Source of the DNA: Octopus vulgaris
Taxonomy: Eukaryota
Reading direction: 5' to 3'
Length of the DNA stretch: 64,000 nucleotides
Assembly (NCBI GenBank): GCA_951406725.2
Contig: OX597818.1
Span: forward strand, 21,948,001 to 22,012,000
Below, piece after piece: positions 51,630-63,472 of this stretch. The translations under genes were made by a program, and so were the position numbers. The stretch's first letter is position 1; every line of letters starts with the position of its first letter. A model generated the notes under the pieces. The model worked only from the letters and a program-made list of their open reading frames with translations. It searched no databases and was not told where the DNA came from.

Positions 51630-52993
51630 CTGTTGTTGGCTGAAGAAGTTCCAGGTATAGAAGCAAGGTCTAGAATCAAAGGGTCTTAGAGTTAACCTAA
51701 CAAAAACCAAAGTCATAGTAAGTAGGAAGGCAGACAAATCACAAATCCCTTCAGATAGATGGCCCTGCTCAATCCATTGAAAAGGTGTAGGTTGAAACTC
51801 CATGAGTGTAAGCTTTGGATACGGTGCACCACCATCAGAGGATGGTTAACAAGGAAACTAACTTTTGTATGTGGAAGGTGTACAGGTGCAATAAACGCTG
51901 AAAATGCACAGATAATAAACTCCATCATCTGCCAGGGTGACAAGCTGAAGGTAGTAGATAGCTTCTGTTATCTAGGTGACCAAGTTAGTAGGAGAGGTGC
52001 CTCTCTCTTAGAGTGAAAGATAGATTGTTTGATGCCTGTGTGCGAACAGCTATACTGCATGGCAGTGAAACATGGGCTATGACAGCTGAGGATATGCATA
52101 GGCTTGAAAAAAATGAAACCAATATGCTTTGCTGAATATGCGATGTCAGTGTGCATGTTCAACAGAGTGTAAGCATCTTGAGAGAAAAGTTAGGTATAAG
52201 AGGAATCGGATGTGGTGTGCAAGAGAGACGACTGTACTGGTATGGAAATGTGATGTGTATGGACAAGGAAAACTGTGTAAAAAAATGCCAATTTCTAACT
52301 GTGGAGGGAACCTGTTGTAGAGGTAGACCCAGGAAGACATGGGACGAGGTGGTGAAGCATGATCTTCGAACTTTGAGTCTCACAGAGACAATGACTGGTG
52401 ACCAAGACCTTTGCGGATGTGTTGTGCTTGAGAGGACCTGTTAAGCCAAGTGCACCTGTGATGGTGACACGAACATCTTTTGAATGTTGAGCCTTACGAA
52501 GGCAAAGTGACTGAGTTCCTTTCTAGTGTTGTGCTCCACAGAGGCAAAATGGCTGAGTTCCTTTTAAGCATTGGGCCTCATGGAGGCAAATTGGCTGAGT
52601 TCCTTTCGAGTGTTAGGCCTCATGGAGGCAAGGTGGCTTGGTTCCTTTTGAGTGATGGACCTCATGCAGCCAAGACCTTTGGCATTATGTTGTGCTTGAG
52701 AAGAAGACCCATCAAGCCGAGCAAAATTGCAGTTGTGACAGATACTGGTGTCACACAAATTGACACCTGTGCCAGTGGCATGTAAATGCACCCCAGTGTC
52801 ACGCAAATGGCATTTATGCTGGTGGCACGTAAAAGCACCCATTACACTTTCGGAGTGGTTGGCATTAGGAAGGGCATCCAGCTGTAAGAAACCATGCCAA
52901 ATCAGACTGGAGTCTGGTGCTGCCTTCCAGCATGCCAGCCCAGTCAAACTGCTCAACCCATGCCAGCATGGACAACAAACATTAAATGATGAC
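51630..52993 (+). mobile_element. 5'-truncated RTE-clade LINE (RT C-terminal region, 3' UTR, ATG tail), pseudogenised
   Basis: Translation across frameshifts gives QGLESKGLRVNLTKTKVIV..DKLKVVDSFCYLGDQVS..LFDACVRTAILHGSETW..LREKLGIRGI..VQERRLYWYGNVMCM..VEGTCCRGRPRKTWDEVVKHDL, typical RTE-type C-terminal motifs. The 3' UTR ends ..GGACAACAAACATTAAATGATGAC. Confidence 0.88.
52484..52675 (+). repeat. ~39-bp degenerate tandem repeat (about 5 units) in the RTE 3' UTR
   Basis: Recurrent G.GCCTCATGGAGGCAA..TGGCTGAGTTCCTTT..AG motif; produces the periodic ORF 52480..52785. Confidence 0.8.
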
Positions 52994-53004
52994 ATATATA
53001 TATA

Positions 53005-53046
<42 letters not shown>

Positions 53047-53489
53047 TGACAAGGGACCAAGACTTCTGGTGGTTTGCTGTACTTGAGAAAGCATGCCAAG
53101 CTAAGTAAAATTATGGTTATCCACACACACAGGTATGTCCTCTACATCCCTCTCTCAGCCAAGAGATCCTAATCTTGCAGGCTCATGGGTGCTGGTGTCA
53201 CCTATCTGTACCTATGTCAGTGCCATGTAAAAGCACCTGTTTCGCATAAAAGTTCCACATAAAAGCATGTAGTACATTCTGTAAAATTATTGGTGTTAGG
53301 AAGGGCATCCAGCCATAGGAACCAAGCCATAACAGACAAGTGGATCCTGGACAGTTCTCCAGCTAGTCAACTCCTGTCAAACTGTCCTACCCAGGCCAGC
53401 ATGGAGATTGGACGTGCACTTGCTTCATTCACACTCCTCTCTGGATATGTTGATTTTCATATTCCAAACTGGTTTTCAAATCATTGTCT

Positions 53490-53529
<40 letters not shown>

Positions 53530-54627
53530 CCCCCCTCCCTCCCTCTCTCTCTCTCTCTCTCTCTATGTCTCTTGTGTGTACTTGCATTTGTATTATTTAT
53601 TTATCTTTATTATTGTTACAAATTCTTAAAATTCTTTCACATTTGTAATATATATTATTTAATTTTTTTAATACTCTTTAAATTGAGATATACACAATTG
53701 GTCTTTTTTGCTGAACAGGAATTTCATGCTATATAAAATTTGTTAAAATTTTATTTATTTATTTCAATGTTGAACAAATTTGATATCCAGTGAATGGAAA
53801 GAACTATTTTCTCTGTCTTCCTTCTTTTTTTTTTCTTCATTATTTAATATGTTTGTGTATAAATATTTTTTATGTCTGTTTCAACATTTAGTATTTTAGT
53901 CTCAAGTCAGTAACATCTGTGTATGTAACTGGATATGCATATGCATGCGTGCACAAATGGTTGTGGCTAAGCAGTCTCCTTTCTAACCACATGGTTTAGG
54001 GTTCAATGCCATGCCTGGCACTTTGGGCAATATTATAGCTCCCAACTCAATCAAAGCCTTGTTAGTAGGATTTGATTGATGGAAATTGAAAGAACCTCAT
54101 GCGTTTGGATGTGTGTGTGTGTGCATTCATGTATGTGTAGGTGCATATATATATATATATATATATCTGGCCATAGAAAATTTATCTCAAAAAATTCTGA
54201 CCCATGTGAGCAAAGAAAAATGAATGTTAAAACAATGATGATGATGATACTGACATGCACACATCACAACTAGAATTTCATTTACCAAAGAATGTAAACA
54301 AAGACACCATTTCACTCAGGCAATGTGTTGAGGATAGACAAAGGGACTCACACACACACGCACATACATATGTAATATGTGTGTGTGTATACACATACAT
54401 GCATGGTGAGTTTTTTTTTCTTAGTACCCATCTGCCAATTCCATTCACAAGGCCTTGTTCAGCCTAAGCCTATAATAAAAGACACCTGCACAAAGTGCCA
54501 CACAGTGTGACTAAAGTCAGAATTACATGACTGCATCTATCATACGTGTGTGAACTCTTAAAACATTCTTCCTTCAGACTTACCAGTATTTACTAAAGTG
54601 GATATAATATACAATCTATGGATATAA

Positions 54628-54842
54628 AGATTTCAAATTTTGGCACAGGGCCAGCAATTTCAGGGGAGGGATAAATCAATTATGTTGACCCCAGTGCTTG
54701 ACTAGAACTTGTTTTATCAACCCCAAAAGGATGAAAGGCAAAGTCGATCTTGGTAGATTTTGAATTCATTATGTGAAGACAGCTGAAATGGCACTAAGCA
54801 TTTTGCCCAGTGTGCTAATGATTCTGCCAGCTCACTGCCTTC
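54628..54842 (-). mobile_element. SINE family A with 17-bp TSD
   Basis: Flanks are ACAATCTATGGATATAA (54611-54627) and ACAATCTATAGATATAA (54843-54859). Confidence 0.85.
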
Positions 54843-55066
54843 ACAATCTATAGATATAATGATAGGCCTTTCCCCTTTTATGTTCCAGCACTTAAGTTTT
54901 CCATTCTTTGTGAACTCAGATTGATATAGGTAAAGTGCAAGCTACCTTTTTTAGAAGACGTGGTTCATCATCAGGTGGACTGCACTATTAAAAAATATTC
55001 ATGGTAATTTTTTGTTAGGTGTACCATTCAGAAAGTCTCGGGGACTACAGTTTGCTCATGACTGGT

Positions 55067-55403
55067 CATCATCATCATCATCATCGTTTAATGTCTGCTT
55101 CCATGCTAGCATGGGTTGGACGTTTTGACTGAGGACTGGCAAATCAGATGGCTGCACCAGGCTCCAATCTTGATCTGGCAGAGTTTCTACAGCTGGATGC
55201 CCTTCCTAATGCCAACCACTCTGAGATTGTAGTGGGTGCTTTTACGTGCCACTGGCATGAGGGCCAGTCAGGTGGTACTGGCAATGGCTACGCTCAAATG
55301 GTGTTTTTTACGTGCCACCTGCACAGGAGCCAGTCCAGCGGCACTGGCAACAACCTCGCTTGAATGTTTTTTCACGTGTCACCAGCACAAGTGCCAGTAA
55401 GGC
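55067..55403 (-). mobile_element. RTE-type 3' tail fragment with (CAT)n
   Basis: Reverse complement of the tail seen at 20846-21100 and 52818-52993, with internal TTTTACGTGCCAC repeats. Confidence 0.8.
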
Positions 55404-56404
55404 AATATAACACAAGAGCCTATTGTTACTTGATTTCTGCTCTACTTTACTTTCCAAGTTAATCCTATGAGTCATTTTTGGATATATACATACTCATAAT
55501 TTTCGTCTTTGGACAGTTGCATCACATCACCATTTGTATATCCATGTATACATATAGATGCACTTACTTGTACATTCGTGCTCACATGTATTCATACATG
55601 CATATATGCACATACACACACTCTCTCTCTCCCATGCATACACACATTAGATGTACTAAACTAAAGAGACTTCAACTAATATCTTCTTTTCTTTAACTTA
55701 CTCTCTATCAAGTTATTGTTATTTGTTGAAAGTTGAACTATTCAGTGTTAAAAATCAGTCACAAGTGTTTTGTATTTAATTATTTTGTTCCCTGTGATGT
55801 ATCAGTGCTATCTGGTTATCCATCATTACTACTTTTTGCAGATTATCACAGATATGATTCATGAATAATCCTTACTATTATCTTCCATGTTCCACAGCAT
55901 CCTGTCTGGTTATATGTATTTGCTGACCTAGTTCCATTTATTAATTATATTTCTATCCATTTTCTCACTGTCTTGTCATCTTCCAAATGGTGTAATGAAG
56001 TAACAAAAGTTTAGGCAACTTTTAGATAACACTTCCCAAGACACTAATCACAGAAGGAAGTTATTCTCAGACCAGAGACCTGGCTTAAATGCTTGCAACA
56101 GTTGACTCCTCTAACAGCATCCATGAGCCAAGTAGTGGTGTTAAACTAGGTAACATATTAAGTCTGCTATCCAAAATGTACAAAACTAAATTTTAGTTTC
56201 CTTTATCTACATTTCAAGTTCATATTCTGCCAGGGAACATTTCCTTTCCATCCCCCTTTGGGGTTGATAAGATAAGCACCAGTAATTTACTAGCGTCAAT
56301 CCAGTGACTATAACCCACTTTTATAAATTGATGGCAATATGCAAGTTTAAAAAAATTAATACATTATTTGCCCAATTCAGTGAAATGAATATCAGCAATA
56401 TATT

Positions 56405-56848
56405 GGTTTCAGATATTGGCACAAGGCCAGAAATTTTGGAGGAGGGGTTAAGTCGATTGTATCAACTCCAGTATTCAACTGGTACTTATTTTATGAACTC
56501 TGAAAGGATGAAAGATAAATTTGACCTCAACAGAATTTGAACTCAGAATGTAAAGATGGAGAGATGCCACTAAGCATTTTGCCTAGTGTGCTTACAATTC
56601 TGCCAGCTCGCCTCCTTAATATTAGTAATATATTCTTTTCTACTCTAGGCACAAGGCCCGAAATTTTGGGGGAGGAGGCCAGTCGATTAGATTGACCCCA
56701 GTATGCAACTGGTACTTAATTTATCGATCCCGAAAGGATGAAAGGCAAAGTTGTCCTTGGCGGAATTTGAACTCAGAATGTAAAGACAGATGAAATATGG
56801 CTAAGTATTTCACCCAGTGTGCTAACATTTCTGCCAGCTCACCACCTT
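56405..56848 (-). mobile_element. Two head-to-tail SINE family A copies (56405-56617 and 56635-56848)
   Basis: Two complete copies with different tails, separated and flanked by three versions of a 17-bp sequence AATATYARYAATATATT. Confidence 0.88.
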
Positions 56849-57533
56849 AATATTAATAATATATTGAAGAATTAATTAATTCAGCTATAAACCCCACCAC
56901 CACTACCACCACCACCACCACCACCACCACTACCTTTAAAATGTATGATCTTGGTACCAATGGAAGAAATCAATCTTTATCATTTGAGATGTTGGTTGCT
57001 GTGTTTTTCGCACTACTCTCTTGTGATTTAAGATTTCCAGAAGCTGTCCATATTAATGGCATCACTGTTACTACTATCTAAAGTAGATAGAATGTGTGTA
57101 TGTGATCAGTAAGTTGAGATGATCCAATTGTTAAAATAAGCCAGAATAAATCACAAATCTCGACCTTTGATCCCCCCCACCATTACAGTATGATGAACCA
57201 TCTATTCTTGACCTTTTTCCAGCAGGTTTCTTGTCTCTCCTATTCTTAATATTCCAGTTGTTATTATCAGTATTATTATTCTTTCCTTTATTAAAGATTA
57301 TTGGATTGGCAGAATCAATGGAGCAATAGATTAAATGCCTTGTAGTATTTAGTTACATCCCTTTACATTCAAAGTGATTTCGCCTTTTACCCTTCTGAGT
57401 AGTCAGAAGATTGATTTAATGGAGTGAACCCTTTCCCTAAATATTGTAGTATGGTGTCTGCTAAATTTTTTCTTCCATGTATTTATTTATTTTCTAACTT
57501 ATTTTGATTGATTGCTTGTTTATTTTCCTGCAG

Positions 57534-57674
57534 TCCATCCCAGAAATCTCCAATACCAAATGATAGGTTTGAAGAAGTGGTAAGCACACTGAGTGTACCT
57601 CCTGAGCGCCGTAGAGGCTTTCAAATCCAAGGAAAAGCAAGAGCACTCTATTCATTCAAAGCCCAGAATTCAAA
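57534..57674 (+). CDS. SORBS1: CAP/SORBS coding exon including the start of the first SH3 domain (PSQKSPIPNDRFEEVVSTLSVPPERRRGFQIQGKARALYSFKAQNSK)
   Basis: Acceptor TTTTCCTGCAG ending 57533 (phase 2, AC+T=Thr) and donor AA|GTAAAC at 57675. ARALYSF is the SH3 ALYxF signature, and PSQKSPIP..R matches the linker before SH3-1 of invertebrate CAP as recalled. The track ORF 57593..57790 is in the wrong frame. Confidence 0.9.
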
Positions 57675-57765
57675 GTAAACTTTTCTTTTTTTCTTTTTTC
57701 TATATTGTTTTTCTAAAACTTTGTATCTTTCCTTTTTTCATATTGCTACATTTTTTTAGGACCTT

Positions 57766-59480
57766 GGTTTCCAGCATTTCAAAAATATAAGTTTATTGAA
57801 AATTAAAAAATTTGGCACGATAATATATTTTCCAAGCTGAATTGCTGGAGTTATTTCACTTTTTCCAGAAAAATGTTTTAAAAAAAGTCATAGAGGTTTA
57901 AAGTTTGATTATTTTCACCCAGTCAGGAAACAGTATTTGGAAGCTATTTTATGCGTGACTGCACATTTTGTCGTAACCATCCGGAAAATAGCTTGTGTTG
58001 TCAAGAAAGCATAAACAACACGTCTTTTGTAGTTTTAACAGAAAGATTTGGAAGAATTAGCATGCAAGTTCTTTAGTATTTTCTTTCATGTAAATAAATG
58101 TTAGCTGTTAATTTTTAGCACACCTCACAACCACCTCAGTGACAAAAAGGAATGAGTAAACAACACATACTTTGTAGTTTTAATGCAAATGCGATAACAT
58201 GTTAGATGGTTTCAATACAGTTTTAACAGAAAGATTTGGAAGAATTAGATGCAAATTCTTTAGTATTTTCTTTCATGTAAATAAATGTTTCTGTTAATTT
58301 AAAAATTTGGCAGCAAACTGTTATAAAATGACAATGTTCTAAAAGATGTACATGTTTATATGTTATATATGAAAATAAAAGAGTGAACAAAATATGCTTA
58401 AAAAATGCAGTAAGAAGCAAATTTAGAAAATATTTTTAAAATTAAAAATGGAAGTTAGAAATACATTCAATCAATTTCTCAAACAAATCACAATTTTCAT
58501 ACCTTCTGTGCCACATAAATTCACAGAGATATGAATCTACTATAGAATGGTGAGTATCACAGCATCGTTTATTACCTCGGTTCACAGAAGCCCATGTACT
58601 CTCCACTTGTTGAATGTGGGTGCCATCTTTCGGGTTAACAAACCCAATGCTGTGGTTCACCGTTTATGCTCAAAATTGTAACCATCAATTTCAGGAATGT
58701 GTGAGTATTCCCTTCACAAATTACTGAAAATTGTGGTTCCTGGAAGAATTGAGTGATGTATACATTCTTTCAGTGTGTCATGTTTCTAACATGGCACTGC
58801 ATACAGAAAAACCTATGTCTGGTCTTGCAACACACTCATCCAAAAATCCACTGCTCAGGTAGGACCCTTCTTCGGTTGTACTTACATCTTCAGAAAACTG
58901 TTTCATCGATCTCAGCAATCTTTCCAGGACCACCAACTTGAATTGGATGATGGAGCAAGTCCTCCGCACATATTTCTTTAACATAGTGATTATAATCAAT
59001 GGCTGTGCTACGGCTCATCCCCAGTTCTTCAATACAAAACCCGACTGAAGTCAATTCCTTAACCCATGAGTAAATGAAGAGCATTACAGTCCTAAGAGGA
59101 AGGTTACCATCTTCAAATCATGTGTCTTTCCTCACCAACACAGACTTCATGCATTCTCGACACCAGCATCGCCAGTACATGTTCCTATGACGTCTTTTTG
59201 TATACATAGCATGCGTCTTCCTTTTACATAGTTTCCTTATTACTATGGAAACAGACACATGCTTTCTTGCAGACAAAAGAGTTCCCATGTTCCACTTGTT
59301 ACTATGGAAACAGGCATGAATATGTTTGTGACATACAATTGGCTAAAATTACCAAAATTTTCAAACTTTAATTGCTAATAACTCTTTATTTATTGATTTA
59401 TAATGAAAATGATTTTTACATAATTCATTAGCCTATAAAGGTGTATCATTACAATTCGAACAAAATTGATGCTGGCAACC
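57766..59480 (-). mobile_element. Merlin (IS1595/ISXO2-like DDE) DNA transposon, degenerate
   Basis: Minus-strand transposase remnant ~58442-59260 reads QVGGPGKIAEIDETVF..KYNRRR..QWIFG..ILPGTTIFSN..VNHSIGFVNPKDGTHIQQVESTW..DSYLCEFMWHRRY. Termini GGTTTCCAGCAT (57766) and ATGCTGGCAACC (ending 59480) are inverted repeats (11/12). Internal ~100-bp direct repeat at ~58013-58113 and ~58218-58300. No TSD recognisable. Confidence 0.85.
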
Positions 59481-60812
59481 AGACTAGATCATTTTTTTAT
59501 TCTCTGTCTCTTCTTTTTCTTTTTTTATTCACTTTTTTCTTGTTTTTTTTATTTTCCATGAGGTTTCAGTTTCAATCCTTCTGCACAGCTCCTTGGGCAA
59601 GTGTCTTCTGTTATAGCCCCAGGCCAACCAGTGGTTTAGGAATGAATTTTGGTTGAAGGAGACTGTGTGGAAGGTTTAATTACATCCCCATAACTTAACA
59701 GTTCAACAAAAGAAATTGACAGAATAAGTATCAAACTTAAAAAATAAGGACTGTGGTCGATTTGTTCAACCAAACCCTTCGAGGTGCTGCCCCAGCATGG
59801 CCTCAATATAATGGCTGAAATATATAAAAGATGACATAAAGTACTTTGTAAGTGTTTGTAGTATTTGATTCACTGTGCTTGTGACTTGTGAGAGAAGTTA
59901 GGTAAGTTCAAGAATCAATGGGGGCCCAGTACTGTTGGCAAAATATGAACCACCAGCTAATAGGAACCCTATTTACATGCCCTCCTTTTTAGAAAAATCT
60001 GAGAACTAAATCTGTTAAGCTGAGGTAACAAAATTTTATCACCAACATCAGCACCATAAGAGCACAAATACCAACTCTAACACCACCACCTCCCCTTATT
60101 ACATCAATACCAGCATCACCAGAAATTCCAACAGCAGCATCAATCACGACCAACAACAATATCCACACCACTCTTATCAACATTACACTCCTTTAAATTA
60201 CAATAACATCAGAAACTGTAGATTAGAATTAAAATTATGAAAACTTTAGGAAGAAAACATGTTCTCCAAAAAAATATTATTTACATTCTTAAATATTTTT
60301 TTTTCTGTGTGTGGTGCATATCTTCCTCACTGTTCAAATATGTATAGAATGGTTGTGCAAGGTTTGAGTTAGGGGATGGAATGACGAGAAAGGAAGAGAG
60401 AAACAATCAAAGGCGATAAGGAAGGGAAACCATTTCTAAAATTCATTGTAGTAAAATGTGAGGTATTTGACCATATGAGAGAGAGGAGGGAGAGTCATGA
60501 GATAAAAGTAAAAAGAAAGAAGAAAACCAAGAATCAGAGAACAAGAGAGAAGGGTGGAGGAGTGATGGAGTGAGAGGCAGACTGTAAAGAAAAACAGAAG
60601 GAAGAGAAAGATTGAGGAAGAATGGACTAGAGAGAGAGAGAGCGTTGGAAGAGGAAGGAAAAGTGTAAAGAATGATTGCATAATGTTAGTATTCAAATAT
60701 GCAGGATGTTTCAGTTTGCAGCTGAAGGAATTAACTTCACTAATCCATGTTGCCATAGAAATATATTAATAAACCATTGCCACTGGATTATATATAGAAG
60801 TCTCTTCAGATA

Positions 60813-60968
60813 GGAGTGGCTGTGTGGTAAGTAGCTTGCTTACCAACCACATGGTTCCAGGTTCAGTCCCACTGCATGGCATCTTGGGCAAGTGTCTTCT
60901 GCTATAGCCTCGGGCCGACCAAAGCCTTGTGAGTGGATTTGGTAGACGGAAACTGAAAGAAGCCTGTC

Positions 60969-61003
<35 letters not shown>

Positions 61004-61237
61004 TGTATGTGTTTGTGTTTGTGTGTCTGTGTTTGTACCCCAACATCGCTTGACAACCAATGCTGGTATGTTTACGTCCCTGTTACTTAGTGGTTCGGCA
61101 AAAGAGACCGATAGAATAAGTACTAGGCTTACAAAGAATAAGTCCTGGGGTCGATTTGCTCAACTAAAAAGGCGGTGCTCCAGCATGGCCGCAGTCAAAT
61201 GACTGAAACAAGTAAAAGAGTAAAGAGAGTAAAAGAG
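60813..61237 (+). mobile_element. Full-length tRNA-derived SINE family B with internal (TA)n(TG)n and (GAGTAAA)n-like tail
   Basis: A box TGGCTGTGTGGTAAG, B box GGTTCAGTCCC, core GGGCAAGTGTCTTCT..GCCGACCAAAGCCTTGTGAGTGGATTTGGTAGACGGAAACTGAAAGAAG, and 3' GACTGAAACAAGTAAAAGAG. Decayed relatives at ~59565-59830 and ~46550-46762. Confidence 0.88.
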
Positions 61238-63274
61238 ATAATTATAATGTCTTGTCAGTTTAAAATTATTGTGTACACATATATGTAAAGATGTGTGTGT
61301 AGCCAGTAAATTATCAGAAAGACCCTGAAATATCATAAAACCAAAAAGCCCTAAATTTGTATTAAGACTGGTAGGGTCATAGAGTCAATTAAAATCAATC
61401 TCAATAATTACTTGGTTCTTGTTTTAAGCCATTGTGGAAACTTATTTGTAGTTGCTCAATTTACTAGAAATAGTAGCCAAATCCTTCTCAAATCACATCT
61501 TAAAAAATTAGAAGGGTACACTGGATAATACTATCTTAGATATCCTTAAAAAGATAAAGATAGTCATGATTGGAATGTCCTTGATCATAGGTCTGCTCAA
61601 TCTCAGAGGAGTTGGAGAAAAAAGCACCATCAACTTCAAATGGGTTCATCCCAGAAGAATTTGAACACAATGTAAAGGGGCAAAACTAAATACCAGAGTG
61701 TATTTTGTTTGGTACTCTACTAATTTTGCATGTACTCTTTTTTTTAATAAGAGTAATATTTTATTTTTTATTTTAATATCTTAAATTGTTTTATAAGACC
61801 AGCAATTTAGAAGCAATTCATGTAGCTGATTATTATCAATCTCAGTACTTCGTACTATTTTAACAACCCAGAATCATGTCAAACAAAGCTAACTCCAGCA
61901 GGAGAATGAACTGTAACTAAATACTACAAAATTTTATTTTTTTGGTGTTCTACCAATTTTGTCATCCCCACCTTTACAGTGATGATATTTTGAAATTTTC
62001 CTCAAAGGCATACATTTTGAGTGAAAGATGAAGTCAGTAAACTGGTGCTGTATTTTATCAACTATAGAAGGACAAAAGGCAGCGTCTGCCTCAGCAGGAT
62101 TTGAACTTTGAAAGCAAAGGGATGAGACCTAACTACAAATCCTTTTGTCAAGTATTCTGTTATATCTGTTTACTGCCTTCAAACTAGTACAAATAATAAT
62201 AATGTATTATATAAGCAAAAGACTTCAAATTTGCAGGTGGGGTATAGTCATTTATACTAACCCCAATACATGTCTTGTGCTTTTTTCATCAATCCCAGAA
62301 AGATGAGAGACAAAGATAATCTCCCTGGGATTTGAACTCAGAACTTACAAGACTATATCCAAATACTAAATGCTACTAATAATACCAAAAGAATGTGGAC
62401 ATTGATCGAAAGAATGTGAAACACTAAGACAAAAATGGACCCTGTTGTTATTGCCTATAGCTTCCAGTCAAACCACGTGCCAAGCAGTTGCAGAAAATTG
62501 CACTCTGGAGAACAACTAACATTCTGAACATGTTTCTCATGGGATATAAACTTCATGTCTCTTGTTCAAACTTGGTTAATTTATAAAAACACCAGTATGC
62601 ATGCTGTGAAATGTAAACAGAGATACCACCAAAAATATCATTTAACACAAGGTCCACAGAATTTGAGAGAGAGTATAGCCAGTTATATTAACACCAGTCA
62701 ATAACCAGCTGGTTCTATATTCTATTTTAACAAACACCAAAATTTGATGCAAGATTTGAACTCAGAACATAAAGGAACATAACTAGATACTGCAGAACAT
62801 TTTGTCTTGTGCTCTTTCTATAGCATGTAATACCTAATATGTATTTCTAATATTTGGTATGAAGCCATATACTTTGGGGAAGAGTTATGCCCAAATAATC
62901 AATTATCATTACCATCATTATTGGCAAAGATATTCATATTTCATACAATTTAAACTGATCTTTAAACAACTGCAATACCTGATTAATTCTTATTCTATAA
63001 GACTGAACTGAACAGTAAAATTGAACTTAAGAAATTAAGTAATTTTGTTTGTTCATCACTCTTCCATTTCTACTATCTGGTATATAGTGAATTATTATTA
63101 TAATGTATGTCTAGCACTTATTTTATCAACTTTGTAGCAATAAAAGGCAATACTGACACTGGCAGAGTTTGAACTCAGAATGTAGAAAAATAACACTGAA
63201 ATACTGAGTGGTGCCTGATCCATAACTCCTCTTGTTCCATTCCACCACTTTCTTTACCATTGATGCTTTGTATT

Positions 63275-63472
63275 ATAAGCACAGAGCCTGAACATGGGGG
63301 GAGGGGACAGTCAATTGCATCAACCCCAGTGCTTAATTAGTACTTACTTTATAGACTCCAGAAGGATGAAAGACTAAGTTGACCTTGGTGGGATTTGAAC
63401 TCAGAGCACAAAACCAGAAGAAATGCTGCTAAGCATTGTGTCCAGCATGCCTATGATTCTGCCAGCTCATTA
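63275..63472 (-). mobile_element. SINE family A; further decayed copies cluster through ~61800-63720
   Basis: Repeated ..GATTTGAACTCAGAA.. and GGATGAAAG.CAAAGT motifs, all in the same orientation. Confidence 0.7.

Noticed and set aside
52480-53094. ORFs 52480..52785, 52564..53094 and 52748..53017 as genes; 39-bp repeats as CRISPR
   Set aside because: All lie in the RTE 3' UTR or tail; the repeats are contiguous, with no spacers.
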